This document shows positions 47,083-56,961 of a DNA stretch of 64,000 nucleotides, one piece after another (within the stretch, counting starts at the first letter, position 1; each line of letters starts with the position of its first letter). Source of the stretch: Candidatus Undinarchaeota archaeon. GTDB taxonomy: Archaea > Undinarchaeota > Undinarchaeia > Undinarchaeales > UBA543. Position numbers and translations under genes: made by a program. The stretch covers positions 47,130-111,129 of the forward strand of contig CAZWSR010000002.1 of NCBI GenBank assembly GCA_964636545.1. The letters run 5' to 3'. Under the pieces are notes generated by a model. The model searched no databases. It worked only from the letters and a program-made list of their open reading frames with translations, and was not told the origin of the DNA.

Positions 47083-47868
47083 TTACTTTCTTTTAGCTCT
47101 CCATTGAATTCCAGCCCTAATTCCTTTTTTCTTCCAATCGTCCCACAACTCAATTGTATCTTCATTTGTTGCAATTTCCCATGCTTCTTTAAAGAACTTT
47201 TCTAACACAAAACCATTTGCTATACGCCCCCTCTGCCCTTTCTTTTTTATTCCCTTCACAGTTTTCACAAGCCGTGGTCGTGTTTTAATTTTTTCCAGCA
47301 TGTTCGTCATTTTGAAGGTTCTTCCAATCTGTTTCTGGCCATCCACCTCTTTATTCTCTCCTTCAATGTTTTTGTAGATTTTCTCAGCAATTTCTTTAGC
47401 AGTAAGTTGTTTTTCTGCATTTGCTAATACTTGTAATATTTTGAATGACATCTTAGCATCGTAAATTCGCCTCTTCAAAAAAATATCAACATACTCTAAC
47501 ATCATTCGCACAGCAATTTTTTTATGCCTATCTTTCCCAGGTACTGTGATAAACAATTGTTTTACTTTACTTTTCATGTTTCCTGGATATAGTCGAAAAT
47601 ATGCTTCACCTGCGTCAATCATTTGAACTTTACTAATCATTTTTTCTGTGTCTTCTCTTTTGTATATGAGGTTCCACAACTTTCCACCAGTTTGCAAATC
47701 TTTTTTCTCTTCAGGACCTTTACTTTTTGCCCGATACTCTTTCAAAAAACCATTTTTCTCTGCTTTTACAACCTCAAAAATCGTTACTGCAAACGGATTC
47801 TCCTGTAAATATTCACCCAAACGCCCCATTATCTTTTTTGAATCTTCTGTAAGCCCTTTTCTATTCAT
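47083..47868 (-). CDS. Orphan basic protein, paralogue 1
   Basis: PFAVTIFEVVKAEKNG, KKIAVRMMLEYVDIFLKRRI, FFKEAWEI..NEDTIELWDDWKKK. Confidence 0.75.
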   Translation of the reverse strand: MNRKGLTEDSKKIMGRLGEYLQENPFAVTIFEVVKAEKNGFLKEYRAKSKGPEEKKDLQTGGKLWNLIYKREDTEKMISKVQMIDAGEAYFRLYPGNMKSKVKQLFITVPGKDRHKKIAVRMMLEYVDIFLKRRIYDAKMSFKILQVLANAEKQLTAKEIAEKIYKNIEGENKEVDGQKQIGRTFKMTNMLEKIKTRPRLVKTVKGIKKKGQRGRIANGFVLEKFFKEAWEIATNEDTIELWDDWKKKGIRAGIQWRAKRK

Positions 47869-47950
47869 ATGTTTCTTTTGTGAACAGACATTAATAAGGC
47901 TTTCTCCAATACAAGCAATTTATTTAAACTACAATAAACATCACTTTGTT

Positions 47951-48673
47951 ATGCCACGACTATCAACAACGCCCCACATACCGTTTCACGGGCGCTCCAG
48001 AGAAGACCAGGAGCAGACAATAATCATACGCAGACTTAAATCAACTTATGAAGCAGTTTTAAAGCTGTTGGGTGTGGCAATCAAGAAAATAACTGTAAAA
48101 TTCAAAGCCATAAAATCAGTTAATGATGCTAAAAACCTTCTTGATTTCTGCACATTACAGAAAGATAGTCTTCTCAGCCTTATTGCAACTGAACAGCTCA
48201 ATCTAGTTGGCTATGCTGGCGACGAGTATTATGAAGTTCGAAAAACAATTGAAGTTTATTTGCACAATTTTAATAACCGCCTAGCCAAATTGCAAGCATA
48301 CGAAACTGCAGTTTCCAAGAAAAAGAGAGAACTCGAATTAATACCAGTTCAGAAAAAATCTGATGTCAAACTTACTGAAGAGATGTACCTCTATCTAGAA
48401 AATTCCTTCGAGTGTGTAAAATTTGATGCTTTGTCAATTAATGCAAAAGTTGAACGTTTGGACGGGCTTCTGCTTTTTTCTAAAGAATCTCTCAAATCTC
48501 TGGACGAATTACTTAAACAAGAGTTAAGAAAAGATCAAAAACACGATTTGTCTGCCCTCAAAAGAAACTTTGTTTCCATCCAAAATGACATAATAGATAC
48601 ACGAGAAGAGTATGTTGGAGTTGATAAGAATGTCCGGAAGACTTATCATAAAAATTTCATCCCCCCTTTCTGA
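47951..48673 (+). CDS. Helical/coiled-coil hypothetical protein
   Basis: Probable start ATG 47951 after a TTTAAA box. Confidence 0.6.
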   Translation: MPRLSTTPHIPFHGRSREDQEQTIIIRRLKSTYEAVLKLLGVAIKKITVKFKAIKSVNDAKNLLDFCTLQKDSLLSLIATEQLNLVGYAGDEYYEVRKTIEVYLHNFNNRLAKLQAYETAVSKKKRELELIPVQKKSDVKLTEEMYLYLENSFECVKFDALSINAKVERLDGLLLFSKESLKSLDELLKQELRKDQKHDLSALKRNFVSIQNDIIDTREEYVGVDKNVRKTYHKNFIPPF

Positions 48674-48683
48674 ACGCCGAGAC

Positions 48684-49307
48684 ATGCTCCGTTCCATAAA
48701 AGACAAAATAAAACTTCAGAAGTCTGTTATTTTAAAAACAACCAATAACTTGAATTATTTTTATAATGCAGCTAAGAAGCATGTTGATTTAAAACACACC
48801 ATGCTTTATATTGATATAGAGCTTGTTGAAGGTGAATTCTCTCGTTTCTTGATCCTTCTTGATAATTTTAAAACAGTGATAAAACAAGACCTCCAACAAT
48901 ACAAAAAAATCGAAGGTCTTGAAACACTAGAAACTCCTCTGAGACTACATCTTTTAATCTTAGCAGAGTATCAACTCAAAGCTAAAAAATTCTCTGATCG
49001 GTGGCGGTATTTGAAAAATCGTGCAGCTAAATCTTCTGAAACATTTATTTCCAAGGCAAGTCGTTTTCTTCATCAGCGGAAAATAACACAAAAGAGGTTG
49101 GCACAAATTCTTCTAGAAGGGTTTGCTCAGTTTCAAAAACTAGAAGCACAAAAACGAACCTTTGAAGAACTGGAAAATGGAGAAAAACGAATTCTAACAG
49201 AACCTGAAAAAAAAGAATTGGCAAAACTTGAGAACCTGCTTAAAAAACTCATCGAACTTATAAAAAAACTCAAAAAGAAATATGCAATTATTTGCGCAAA
49301 TGAGTAG
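48684..49307 (+). CDS. Helical/coiled-coil hypothetical protein
   Basis: K/L/E-rich ORF; probable start ATG 48684. Confidence 0.55.
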   Translation: MLRSIKDKIKLQKSVILKTTNNLNYFYNAAKKHVDLKHTMLYIDIELVEGEFSRFLILLDNFKTVIKQDLQQYKKIEGLETLETPLRLHLLILAEYQLKAKKFSDRWRYLKNRAAKSSETFISKASRFLHQRKITQKRLAQILLEGFAQFQKLEAQKRTFEELENGEKRILTEPEKKELAKLENLLKKLIELIKKLKKKYAIICANE

Positions 49308-49380
49308 TTCTACCATAAACTTTTTCTTTAACTCACTTCCCAAACTATAAAAGTACCAATTTTCAACAAAAACGAAGCAA

Positions 49381-51552
49381 ATGCCGAATGACAAATACGA
49401 GCTCATCGTTACTGAGAAACCGAAAGTGTCTCAAAGAGTAGCAGAAGCGCTAGCAGACGGCCCTGTTACAAAAACAAAATACGGTTCAATTTTTTATTAT
49501 ATTCTCGAGCGAGCTGGCAAGAAAATCGTTGTTGCACCAGCAGTTGGACATGTCTACACCCTAAAACACAAAAAAGGGCAAACTGGTTTTCCAATTTTTG
49601 ATATTGAATGGATTCCAAGCTCTGAAGCTCACAAAGGAGCTGCTTTTACAAAACCTTATGTCGAAACCCTCCAATTCTTAGGAAAAAACGCAGAATCAGT
49701 TGTTTGTGCATGCGATTACGATATTGAAGGTGAACTTATTGGCTATAATGTTATCAAATATTGCGTTGGCGAAGAAGCACTCAAAAATGCAAAGAGAATG
49801 AAGTTCTCAGCACTCACAAAAGAGCAATTGGAAAATGCATATGACAAAAAACTAGATCATTTGGATTTCCCTCTTGCAGAGGCAGGAATCACCCGCCACA
49901 TGCTGGATTGGTACTGGGGAATAAACACTTCCCGCGCACTTTCAACAGCATACAAATCAGTAACTGGCTATTACGCAACTCTTTCAGCCGGCCGTGTCCA
50001 AACTCCTACTCTCAAAGTTCTTGATGACAGAGAACAAGAAATCAAAGCATTTATTCCAAAACCATTTATCATGCTCACAGCTCAGGTTGATATTGGCGAA
50101 GAAGCACTTCCTGCAGTTCACAAAACTGAAAAATTCTTTGATTTAGAAGAAGCTGAGAAAATTTATCTCAAGTGCAATGAAAAACCAGCAACAGTTACAG
50201 AATTAAAGAAACGCAAATTCGAACAAAAGCCACCAGTCCCATTCAATCTTGGAGATATGCAGATAGAGTCTCACAAACTTTTCAAATACACTCCAAAAAT
50301 GACACAGTCTCTTGCACAATCACTTTACGACGCAGGACTCATCTCCTACCCAAGAACAAGTTCACAAAAATTACCAGAAGGTGTTGATCCAAAAAAAATG
50401 CTGAAGAAAATCGCAGCTCAGTCAGGTTACAAACTACTTGTTGACAAAATTTTAGCAATGAAATCAGTAAAACCAAATGAAGGAAAGAAAACTGATGCTG
50501 CTCACCCCTGTATTTATCCAACTGGTGAAATTCCAAAAAAAGTAACACCACAAGAAGGTAAACTTTACGATCTTGTTGTAAAACGATTCTTAGCCTGCTT
50601 TGGCGAGCCAGCTGTTCGCGAATCACAGGAAATTGTATTTGATATTGAAGAAGAAAGATTCTTGGCAAAAGGAACAATCACTTTGGAAAAGAACTGGCAC
50701 GAGCTTTACGAGCCATACATAAGATTAAAAGAACAAGAGCTCCCTGAACTTGAGCAAGGAAAACAACATGATGTAAAACAATTAGATAAAGAAAACAAGG
50801 AAACTCAGCCGCCAAACCGCTATTCACAAGCGTCAATCATCAAACAAATGGAGAAAATCGGAATTGGTACAAAAGCAACTCGTGCAAACATTCTCCAAAC
50901 TCTTTACGACCGTAATTATGTTCAAGGAACTCAAATTAAAGTTACTGAATTCGGTTCCAAAATCATTGAAACTCTCAAGAAACACGTTTCTATTCTCACT
51001 TCTGAAGAACTTACTCGCGAATTTGAAGAATATGTTGAGCAAATCCAAGAAGTCAAAATTGAGAAAGAAACTGTTCTTGCACAGGCAAAGAAAACACTCA
51101 CTGAAGTTATGGAAAAATTCAAATTATCAGCTACTGCAGTTGGTGAAGCACTTGGTGAATCTTACAAAAATGCACGAACAGAGCAGATTACTTTATGTAG
51201 CTGTCCAAGATGCAAAACTGGAAATCTAATGATTCGCAAATCAAAAGCATCTGGAAAACAGTTCCTTGGCTGTTCAGCTTATCCAAAATGCGATTGCTCA
51301 TACCCACTCCCACAATTTGCAAAAATTGTTAAAACTGAAAAGATTTGCGAGCATGACCAATTACCAATAATTACAGTTGTTAGAAAAGCAAAGCGGCCGT
51401 TTTCAATGTGCATTGATCCAAAATGTCCTTCAAAAGCTGATTGGGGGAAGAAGAAAGTAAAAGGGGCGCCGGGGCGAAGTGGGGCCGGGGCGAAGAAGAA
51501 ACCAGCAAAGAAGAAAACAACCAAGAAGAAAAAAGAAGAGAAAACTGAATAA
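49381..51552 (+). CDS. topA: Type IA DNA topoisomerase (archaeal TopA/Topo III)
   Basis: VTEKP, CDYDIEGE, SAGRVQTP, catalytic ISYPRT, GIGTKATR, C-terminal Zn ribbons. Confidence 0.96.
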   Translation: MPNDKYELIVTEKPKVSQRVAEALADGPVTKTKYGSIFYYILERAGKKIVVAPAVGHVYTLKHKKGQTGFPIFDIEWIPSSEAHKGAAFTKPYVETLQFLGKNAESVVCACDYDIEGELIGYNVIKYCVGEEALKNAKRMKFSALTKEQLENAYDKKLDHLDFPLAEAGITRHMLDWYWGINTSRALSTAYKSVTGYYATLSAGRVQTPTLKVLDDREQEIKAFIPKPFIMLTAQVDIGEEALPAVHKTEKFFDLEEAEKIYLKCNEKPATVTELKKRKFEQKPPVPFNLGDMQIESHKLFKYTPKMTQSLAQSLYDAGLISYPRTSSQKLPEGVDPKKMLKKIAAQSGYKLLVDKILAMKSVKPNEGKKTDAAHPCIYPTGEIPKKVTPQEGKLYDLVVKRFLACFGEPAVRESQEIVFDIEEERFLAKGTITLEKNWHELYEPYIRLKEQELPELEQGKQHDVKQLDKENKETQPPNRYSQASIIKQMEKIGIGTKATRANILQTLYDRNYVQGTQIKVTEFGSKIIETLKKHVSILTSEELTREFEEYVEQIQEVKIEKETVLAQAKKTLTEVMEKFKLSATAVGEALGESYKNARTEQITLCSCPRCKTGNLMIRKSKASGKQFLGCSAYPKCDCSYPLPQFAKIVKTEKICEHDQLPIITVVRKAKRPFSMCIDPKCPSKADWGKKKVKGAPGRSGAGAKKKPAKKKTTKKKKEEKTE

Positions 51553-51554
51553 CC

Positions 51555-52253
51555 CTACTTTTTCTTAACAACAACTTCTGTATCAGTTCCAATCCAAACT
51601 TCATCAACATGGTCGCCTGTAAAAATCCCAACGCCATTTTTCACAACACCCGGAATATTTTCTTCTATTAATTTCTCTAATATCTCTGGTTTTTGAATCA
51701 TGCCGTATTTCACATCAATAATATAATTTTCATTATCTGTTTCATACTTCTCTTCACCATTCATCCGAACCTCTGCTGGTGCTGAAAAGCTAGCTTTGCC
51801 AAGAGCTTCCAGTGCTTCTTCCAACTTATCCTTTTCAACTTCTATTGGCAATTTAAATGCACCAAGCTGAGTCACCATTTTTCCCCCATCAACAATCACA
51901 ACAAAATAATCTGCTTTGTAATCAACAGCCTTTTCCTGAACATGCGCCCCACCACCACCTTTTATTAAATTAAATTTAGGATCAACTTCATCAGCACCGT
52001 CAATTGCAATATCAATTTTCTCAGCTTCATCAACTGAAATCACAGGTATCTTTCTATCATCGCACTTTGTTTTACTATCTTCTGAAGTAACAACTGCAGT
52101 AATTTTCAATCCACCAGCAACCAATTCTCCAAGTGCTTCAATAAATTGAAAAATTGTACTTCCTGTTCCAACACCAATAACAGCACCATCTTTTATTAAT
52201 TCATGTTTAGCAACTGCTTTCCCTACTCTGTTTTTTTGATCCTGCTGGCTCAT
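51555..52253 (-). CDS. rpiA: Ribose-5-phosphate isomerase A
   Basis: GVGTGST, IDGADEVD, LIKGGGGA. Confidence 0.95.
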   Translation of the reverse strand: MSQQDQKNRVGKAVAKHELIKDGAVIGVGTGSTIFQFIEALGELVAGGLKITAVVTSEDSKTKCDDRKIPVISVDEAEKIDIAIDGADEVDPKFNLIKGGGGAHVQEKAVDYKADYFVVIVDGGKMVTQLGAFKLPIEVEKDKLEEALEALGKASFSAPAEVRMNGEEKYETDNENYIIDVKYGMIQKPEILEKLIEENIPGVVKNGVGIFTGDHVDEVWIGTDTEVVVKKK

Positions 52254-53209
52254 TTATTCGCCTCTTTTATTCCACGCAAAAGCGCAGGAAGAATTGTAAC
52301 TTCTGAAACTGGTGTTTTAATTGAATTTGTGACAACACAAGAATCAAAACCGTTTCTCATTTTTTGAAGTATAGTTGGATCACTTAATCCATGTTTTTTT
52401 GTTGCAAATATCCCATGTGTTGCTACTGCATGAACTGATTTTGCTTTCCAATCTTTTTTCAAAGTTTTCCCTACAGCAATCATTGTCCCACCAGTGCAAA
52501 TCATATCATCAAGAATCAGAACATCTTTTCCCTCAACATTTGTATCTTTGTAAAATTTCACTTCCACATTTTCAGAGTCAATTCTTTTTTTATCTTTCAC
52601 AGTTTGCATTTCAACAACAATATTTTCTTTTTTCAGTTCATCAACTACTTGTTTAACTCTTGGTCTAGCGCCCAAATCTGGTGCAAGTAAAACCATATTG
52701 TTGTAAGGTATCTGATAAAAATCATTCATGTGTTTCACCATCTCAAGCCCGACTGGCTCATTAATAATATTCATTTTACATTTTGAAAATTTTCCAAATT
52801 TGTCAGCAAAGTGCGCATCCAATACAACAAGCGTGTCTGCGCCGCTGTATTTTATCATCTTCAATGCAATATGCAAGGTTTTTGGCTGAAGGCCTTTGTC
52901 ATTAGAAAAACCATACTTGTCCTGTCTGCCATATGGTAAATAAGTGAAAACAACTGTAACTGTTTTTGCTCCAAAATGTTTTGCAGCATTTGCAGCCTGG
53001 CTTGCTTCCATTAAATTAATAAGAGAATTTGGCAATCCTGTTTGTATAATAACAACATTCTTTCCTTTTGGGTCTGTGTATAAAACATGTTTTGTTTCTC
53101 CATCTGGAAAAGGTTCCAATTCACTTTCACCAAGTTTAAACTCAGGATACTCTCTACAAAATTCTTCTGCAATTTCTTTCGCGTTTGTACAACCAAATAC
53201 TAGTGCCAA
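52250..53209 (-). CDS. prs: Ribose-phosphate pyrophosphokinase, divergent copy
   Basis: FPDGE, PYGRQDK, APDLGA, ILDDMICTGGTM, ATHGIF; TTG start. Confidence 0.85.
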   Translation of the reverse strand: MALVFGCTNAKEIAEEFCREYPEFKLGESELEPFPDGETKHVLYTDPKGKNVVIIQTGLPNSLINLMEASQAANAAKHFGAKTVTVVFTYLPYGRQDKYGFSNDKGLQPKTLHIALKMIKYSGADTLVVLDAHFADKFGKFSKCKMNIINEPVGLEMVKHMNDFYQIPYNNMVLLAPDLGARPRVKQVVDELKKENIVVEMQTVKDKKRIDSENVEVKFYKDTNVEGKDVLILDDMICTGGTMIAVGKTLKKDWKAKSVHAVATHGIFATKKHGLSDPTILQKMRNGFDSCVVTNSIKTPVSEVTILPALLRGIKEANK

Positions 53210-53210
53210 A

Positions 53211-54086
53211 TCAAATCACCTTTGAAATTTCCCCTGCTAAACTCACTTCTGCAACATCATTTTCAATTGAGTCAGTAGATATTAGATCATCTGCTTTCTT
53301 TTTTAACTTTTCTAATGAGTCCCATCCGAAAATTCCATGTACTCCAGCAAGGAAAATCTTCTTTGCACCAGCTTTCTTAGCTTTTTCAATAGCAAGCAAC
53401 ATAGTTCCGCCAGTACTAATAATATCATCTAAAATAATCACATTCTTGTCCTTAACATTCAATTCACCACTCATCTCAACTTCAAAGTCACCTTTCCGCA
53501 CTTTTTCCAATGCACTAAACTCTGCACCCTCTGCTTTAGCAGCTTCCTCAACCATTTTACTTGCTCCAAAATCAGGTGAAAGAATATGAACATTTTCTAA
53601 TTTGTGTTTTCTCATCAAATGCTCAACAAGTAATTTTCCAGCAGTAACATTAACATTTTTCAATCCAAACAAATCCATCTCACCATACTCTGCCCAATTA
53701 TGCGCATCAACTGTAATCAGTTTTGAAATACCTGCACTTTGGAAAAGTTTTGAAATCACCTGCAAACTAAATGCTTCCCCGTCACTAAATCGCATATCCT
53801 GTCTAGCATACGGCATGTAAGCCATAACAAGTGTGATACTTTTTGCTCCAAGTTCTTTACAAGTTTCCGCAGCAAGAAGTGTTTCAACAATAGCGTGGTT
53901 TGGACCAGGATAACCACTTTGCACAAGAATAACATCCCGTTCTTTCACTGGAGAGTCTACTCTAAAATAAATCTCCCTATCTGGAAATTTCCGCAGTTCC
54001 GTTTCTGCTAGCTGTTTATCACTTTTTAGTGCAATTTTTCTCCCAAGTTCTTTTGCATTAAACAGCGGTATTACTAAGCTGGTCAT
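53211..54086 (-). CDS. prs: Ribose-phosphate pyrophosphokinase, archaeal-type copy
   Basis: FPDRE, PYARQD..F..GE, SPDFGA, LEKVR, ILDDIISTGGTM, VHGIF. Confidence 0.92.
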   Translation of the reverse strand: MTSLVIPLFNAKELGRKIALKSDKQLAETELRKFPDREIYFRVDSPVKERDVILVQSGYPGPNHAIVETLLAAETCKELGAKSITLVMAYMPYARQDMRFSDGEAFSLQVISKLFQSAGISKLITVDAHNWAEYGEMDLFGLKNVNVTAGKLLVEHLMRKHKLENVHILSPDFGASKMVEEAAKAEGAEFSALEKVRKGDFEVEMSGELNVKDKNVIILDDIISTGGTMLLAIEKAKKAGAKKIFLAGVHGIFGWDSLEKLKKKADDLISTDSIENDVAEVSLAGEISKVI

Positions 54087-54122
54087 TACCAAAATTCAGG
54101 GTTTCAGTGTTTATTAAGGTTG

Positions 54123-55397
54123 TTAAAAACCAATTTCTCGCCCACTACCTTTCTTCCCATAAAACTCAACACCATCAACAACTAAGTCCCCGCCTTTGAA
54201 AACTTTGTCAACAGCTCCTCTAATTTCAGTTCCTTCAAAAATTGTCCAACCACATTTTGAATGCAATTCATTCGGCTCAATTGTCCAGTCAACTGAATTA
54301 TCAATAACAACAATGTCTGCATCTTTCCCAGCCAAAATCTCTCCTTTCTCAACTACTCCAAAAATCTCCATTGGCCCATGTGAAGTCAATTTAACAAGCT
54401 GCTGCCAACTCATTCTACCTTTATTCACTTCATTAATCATCAAAGGCAACATTGTCTCAACACCAGCAAAACCAGGGCAAGCAGACATTATCATCTGCTC
54501 CTTGTCCTGACGGGTGTGTGGAGCATGATCTGTTGCAATCATATCAATATTAATCATTGAAGCCCACAACTGGTTCAAATTATCATGCGATCTCAGTGGC
54601 GGATTAACTTTTGCCATTGCTCCCCAAGTTGCATAAGTGCTAATATCCAAAAGCAAATGGTGCGGAGTAACTTCACAACTAATATTTTTATCATTATTAT
54701 TCGCAATCAACCCCATTCCAACACCAGTACTCACATGGCAAAAATGCATATGATTATTTCCAAGATTCAGCCTCATCAATTTTTTTATCCCAGTTGCTTC
54801 ACAACCAACATTCCTCACAAGCGAATGTGTCTCTGGCTTTTTCCGATTGTAAACTTTTGTATTGATGCTTCCAAAATTCCCAGGATGCACGCAAACAATT
54901 TTGTGCTCAAGTTTCTTCAGTGCTTTCTGAACTCCTTTCACAGTAACTCGTCCTGAATCCATATACGCCTTATAAGCAAAAGCAGGTGGCAGTTTCTCGC
55001 AATTCGCATCTGTAATTTCAAAATAAAGTGCATAATCAACATAAGACTTTCCAGCAATTGCATCTCGCTTAAACTCAAAAGTATTTTCGCAATCAACTCG
55101 TGGCTCTGTATTCGGCATATCAAAAACAGTTGTCACACCGCCAAACAATGCACTTTTTGATTCTGTTTCAAAATCTCCCTTTTTTGTCTGACCAGGATCT
55201 CTAAAATGCACATGCGCGTCAATACAACCCGGAATTACGATTTTTCCATCAATGTCAATTCGTTTGTCAGCATGGTGTTCCTTATGACTTCTTGCAACTT
55301 CAACAATTTTCCCCCCTTTAATTGCAATATCACCATCAATCTGGTGTGTTGTTGTTTGTATTCTACAGTTTTCTAAAATCAAGTCAAAGTTTTTCAT
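54123..55397 (-). CDS. pyrC: Dihydroorotase
   Basis: PGCIDAHVHFRDPG, DMPNT, CEVTPHHL, VNPPLR, ATDHAPH. Confidence 0.92.
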   Translation of the reverse strand: MKNFDLILENCRIQTTTHQIDGDIAIKGGKIVEVARSHKEHHADKRIDIDGKIVIPGCIDAHVHFRDPGQTKKGDFETESKSALFGGVTTVFDMPNTEPRVDCENTFEFKRDAIAGKSYVDYALYFEITDANCEKLPPAFAYKAYMDSGRVTVKGVQKALKKLEHKIVCVHPGNFGSINTKVYNRKKPETHSLVRNVGCEATGIKKLMRLNLGNNHMHFCHVSTGVGMGLIANNNDKNISCEVTPHHLLLDISTYATWGAMAKVNPPLRSHDNLNQLWASMINIDMIATDHAPHTRQDKEQMIMSACPGFAGVETMLPLMINEVNKGRMSWQQLVKLTSHGPMEIFGVVEKGEILAGKDADIVVIDNSVDWTIEPNELHSKCGWTIFEGTEIRGAVDKVFKGGDLVVDGVEFYGKKGSGREIGF

Positions 55398-56170
55398 AGT
55401 TCAGCCCTCAGTTCTCCCCATTTTTCATTTAACGAGATTCCTAATAAATCTTTTATTTTCTCATCTGTTGCAAGGTTTTCAATAGTTTGACGGTGATACT
55501 CTCTTGTTCTTAGAAATTCTATATACGCTTCTACTGTTAATTCTTCTTTATCTATTTCAACATAATCTTCATATTCTAAAGTTGCTTGAGGAATTACAGT
55601 TACTTCGCAAAATTTTTGTATACCTCCATAACTGGCATCTACACAACCACCAAACACTTCTCCAAAAAGATAAACTTTTTTCACATCCAATATTGAGAAT
55701 ACTTCTTCCATTTCTTTAGGTATATTTGTTATATCTTCATTTCTATAAATATAATATCCAATAAAATTCTCTCCAGTTCCTATTGCACCTCTAATATATT
55801 TTCTATACTCATCACACTTTAAAGTACTGTTTAAATTAATAAATGTTAAATGTTCTTGTTCTTTTAACTTCGCAAGAAGAAAAGTTTCTATTTGAGATGT
55901 AATATAGTGAACTGTTTTTTTATTAGCCTTTTCATGCTTCCCATCCTCTCTTAATATTCTTATTTCTTCTTTCAAATATTCTAATTGTTTGGTTATGCCA
56001 CGATGAGTCATTATAGCATATTGTGGGTGAACACAAACAAAAACACAACCATTCTTTACATATTTGCCAAATCGCCTTTTTATTTCTCTAGGATCTGTAC
56101 TCTCTTCAATCTTAAATCCATCTTTTAATGATAGCATAGGTCCTTCATCAAATTCAATATCTTCAGCCAT
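55394..56170 (-). CDS. Low-GC hypothetical protein, possibly isochorismatase/cysteine-hydrolase-like
   Basis: VFVCVHPQY and KKVYLFGEVFGGCV motifs; probable start ATG 56170. Confidence 0.55.
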   Translation of the reverse strand: MAEDIEFDEGPMLSLKDGFKIEESTDPREIKRRFGKYVKNGCVFVCVHPQYAIMTHRGITKQLEYLKEEIRILREDGKHEKANKKTVHYITSQIETFLLAKLKEQEHLTFINLNSTLKCDEYRKYIRGAIGTGENFIGYYIYRNEDITNIPKEMEEVFSILDVKKVYLFGEVFGGCVDASYGGIQKFCEVTVIPQATLEYEDYVEIDKEELTVEAYIEFLRTREYHRQTIENLATDEKIKDLLGISLNEKWGELRAEL

Positions 56171-56172
56171 TT

Positions 56173-56949
56173 CTACAAATCCCCCTTCACCCCACAAACA
56201 TCTCGCTTTTCTTTCCCAAACTCCTTCATCCGTCCCAACAATTCAGTTTCAAAAACAGGCCCATCCTTGCAAACACAAAGCCCGTCACACAAACAAGCTC
56301 CGCAAACACCAACTCCGCACTTCATATGCCGCTCCAAACTTGCCTGCACTGGAATTTTCTTCTCTTTACAAATATCAAAAACCCGCTTCATCATTTTCTC
56401 AGGCCCGCAAGTGTAAACAGCATCAATCTCCTCTTTACCCAAAATCTCCTCAAAAGCGTCAGTTGGAAAACCTTTTCGTCCATAACTCCCGTCATCAGTG
56501 CAAGCATGCAAATCTCCATAATTCTCAATCTCGTCCTGAAACAAAATTTCCTCTTTCGTGCTAGCACCTAGGAAAAAATGAACTTTCTTGTTCTCCATTT
56601 TCGCAACATGAGCCAAATAAAGCATTGGGCCAGCTCCACAACCACCAGCAAGCAGAGCAATCTGGTCGCCTTTCAACTTAAACCCATTTCCAAACGGCCC
56701 CCTCACCCCAATCTTATCGCCTTCCTTCATTTTATGCAAAGCATTTGTAACTTCTCCAGCTTTCCTAACACTTACACAAATATTCTCACCATCATTTCGC
56801 GAAACAGAAAACGGCGCTTCTCCAACACCAGGAACCCAAATCATCAAAAACTGCCCTGGATGAACATCTTCTCCATATTCAAAAAAGAATGATTTTACTG
56901 AAGGCGACTCCTGCCGAATCTCCAATATTGTAGTACTACTTGGTGTCAT
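56173..56949 (-). CDS. pyrK: Dihydroorotate dehydrogenase electron transfer subunit
   Basis: PGQFLM, RGPFGNGF, AGGCG, TDDGS, CGP, CGVGVCGAC...CKDGPVF. Confidence 0.93.
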   Translation of the reverse strand: MTPSSTTILEIRQESPSVKSFFFEYGEDVHPGQFLMIWVPGVGEAPFSVSRNDGENICVSVRKAGEVTNALHKMKEGDKIGVRGPFGNGFKLKGDQIALLAGGCGAGPMLYLAHVAKMENKKVHFFLGASTKEEILFQDEIENYGDLHACTDDGSYGRKGFPTDAFEEILGKEEIDAVYTCGPEKMMKRVFDICKEKKIPVQASLERHMKCGVGVCGACLCDGLCVCKDGPVFETELLGRMKEFGKEKRDVCGVKGDL

Positions 56950-56961
56950 TTTTGTCCTTTT

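Noticed and set aside
45326-47868. Diversity-generating retroelement TR/VR pair
   Set aside because: No reverse transcriptase in the window, and the similar blocks lie within full-length paralogous genes
48612-48673. Programmed frameshift at the CCCCCCTTT overlap of two ORFs
   Set aside because: An in-frame ATG at 48684 removes the overlap; no independent evidence of a fusion
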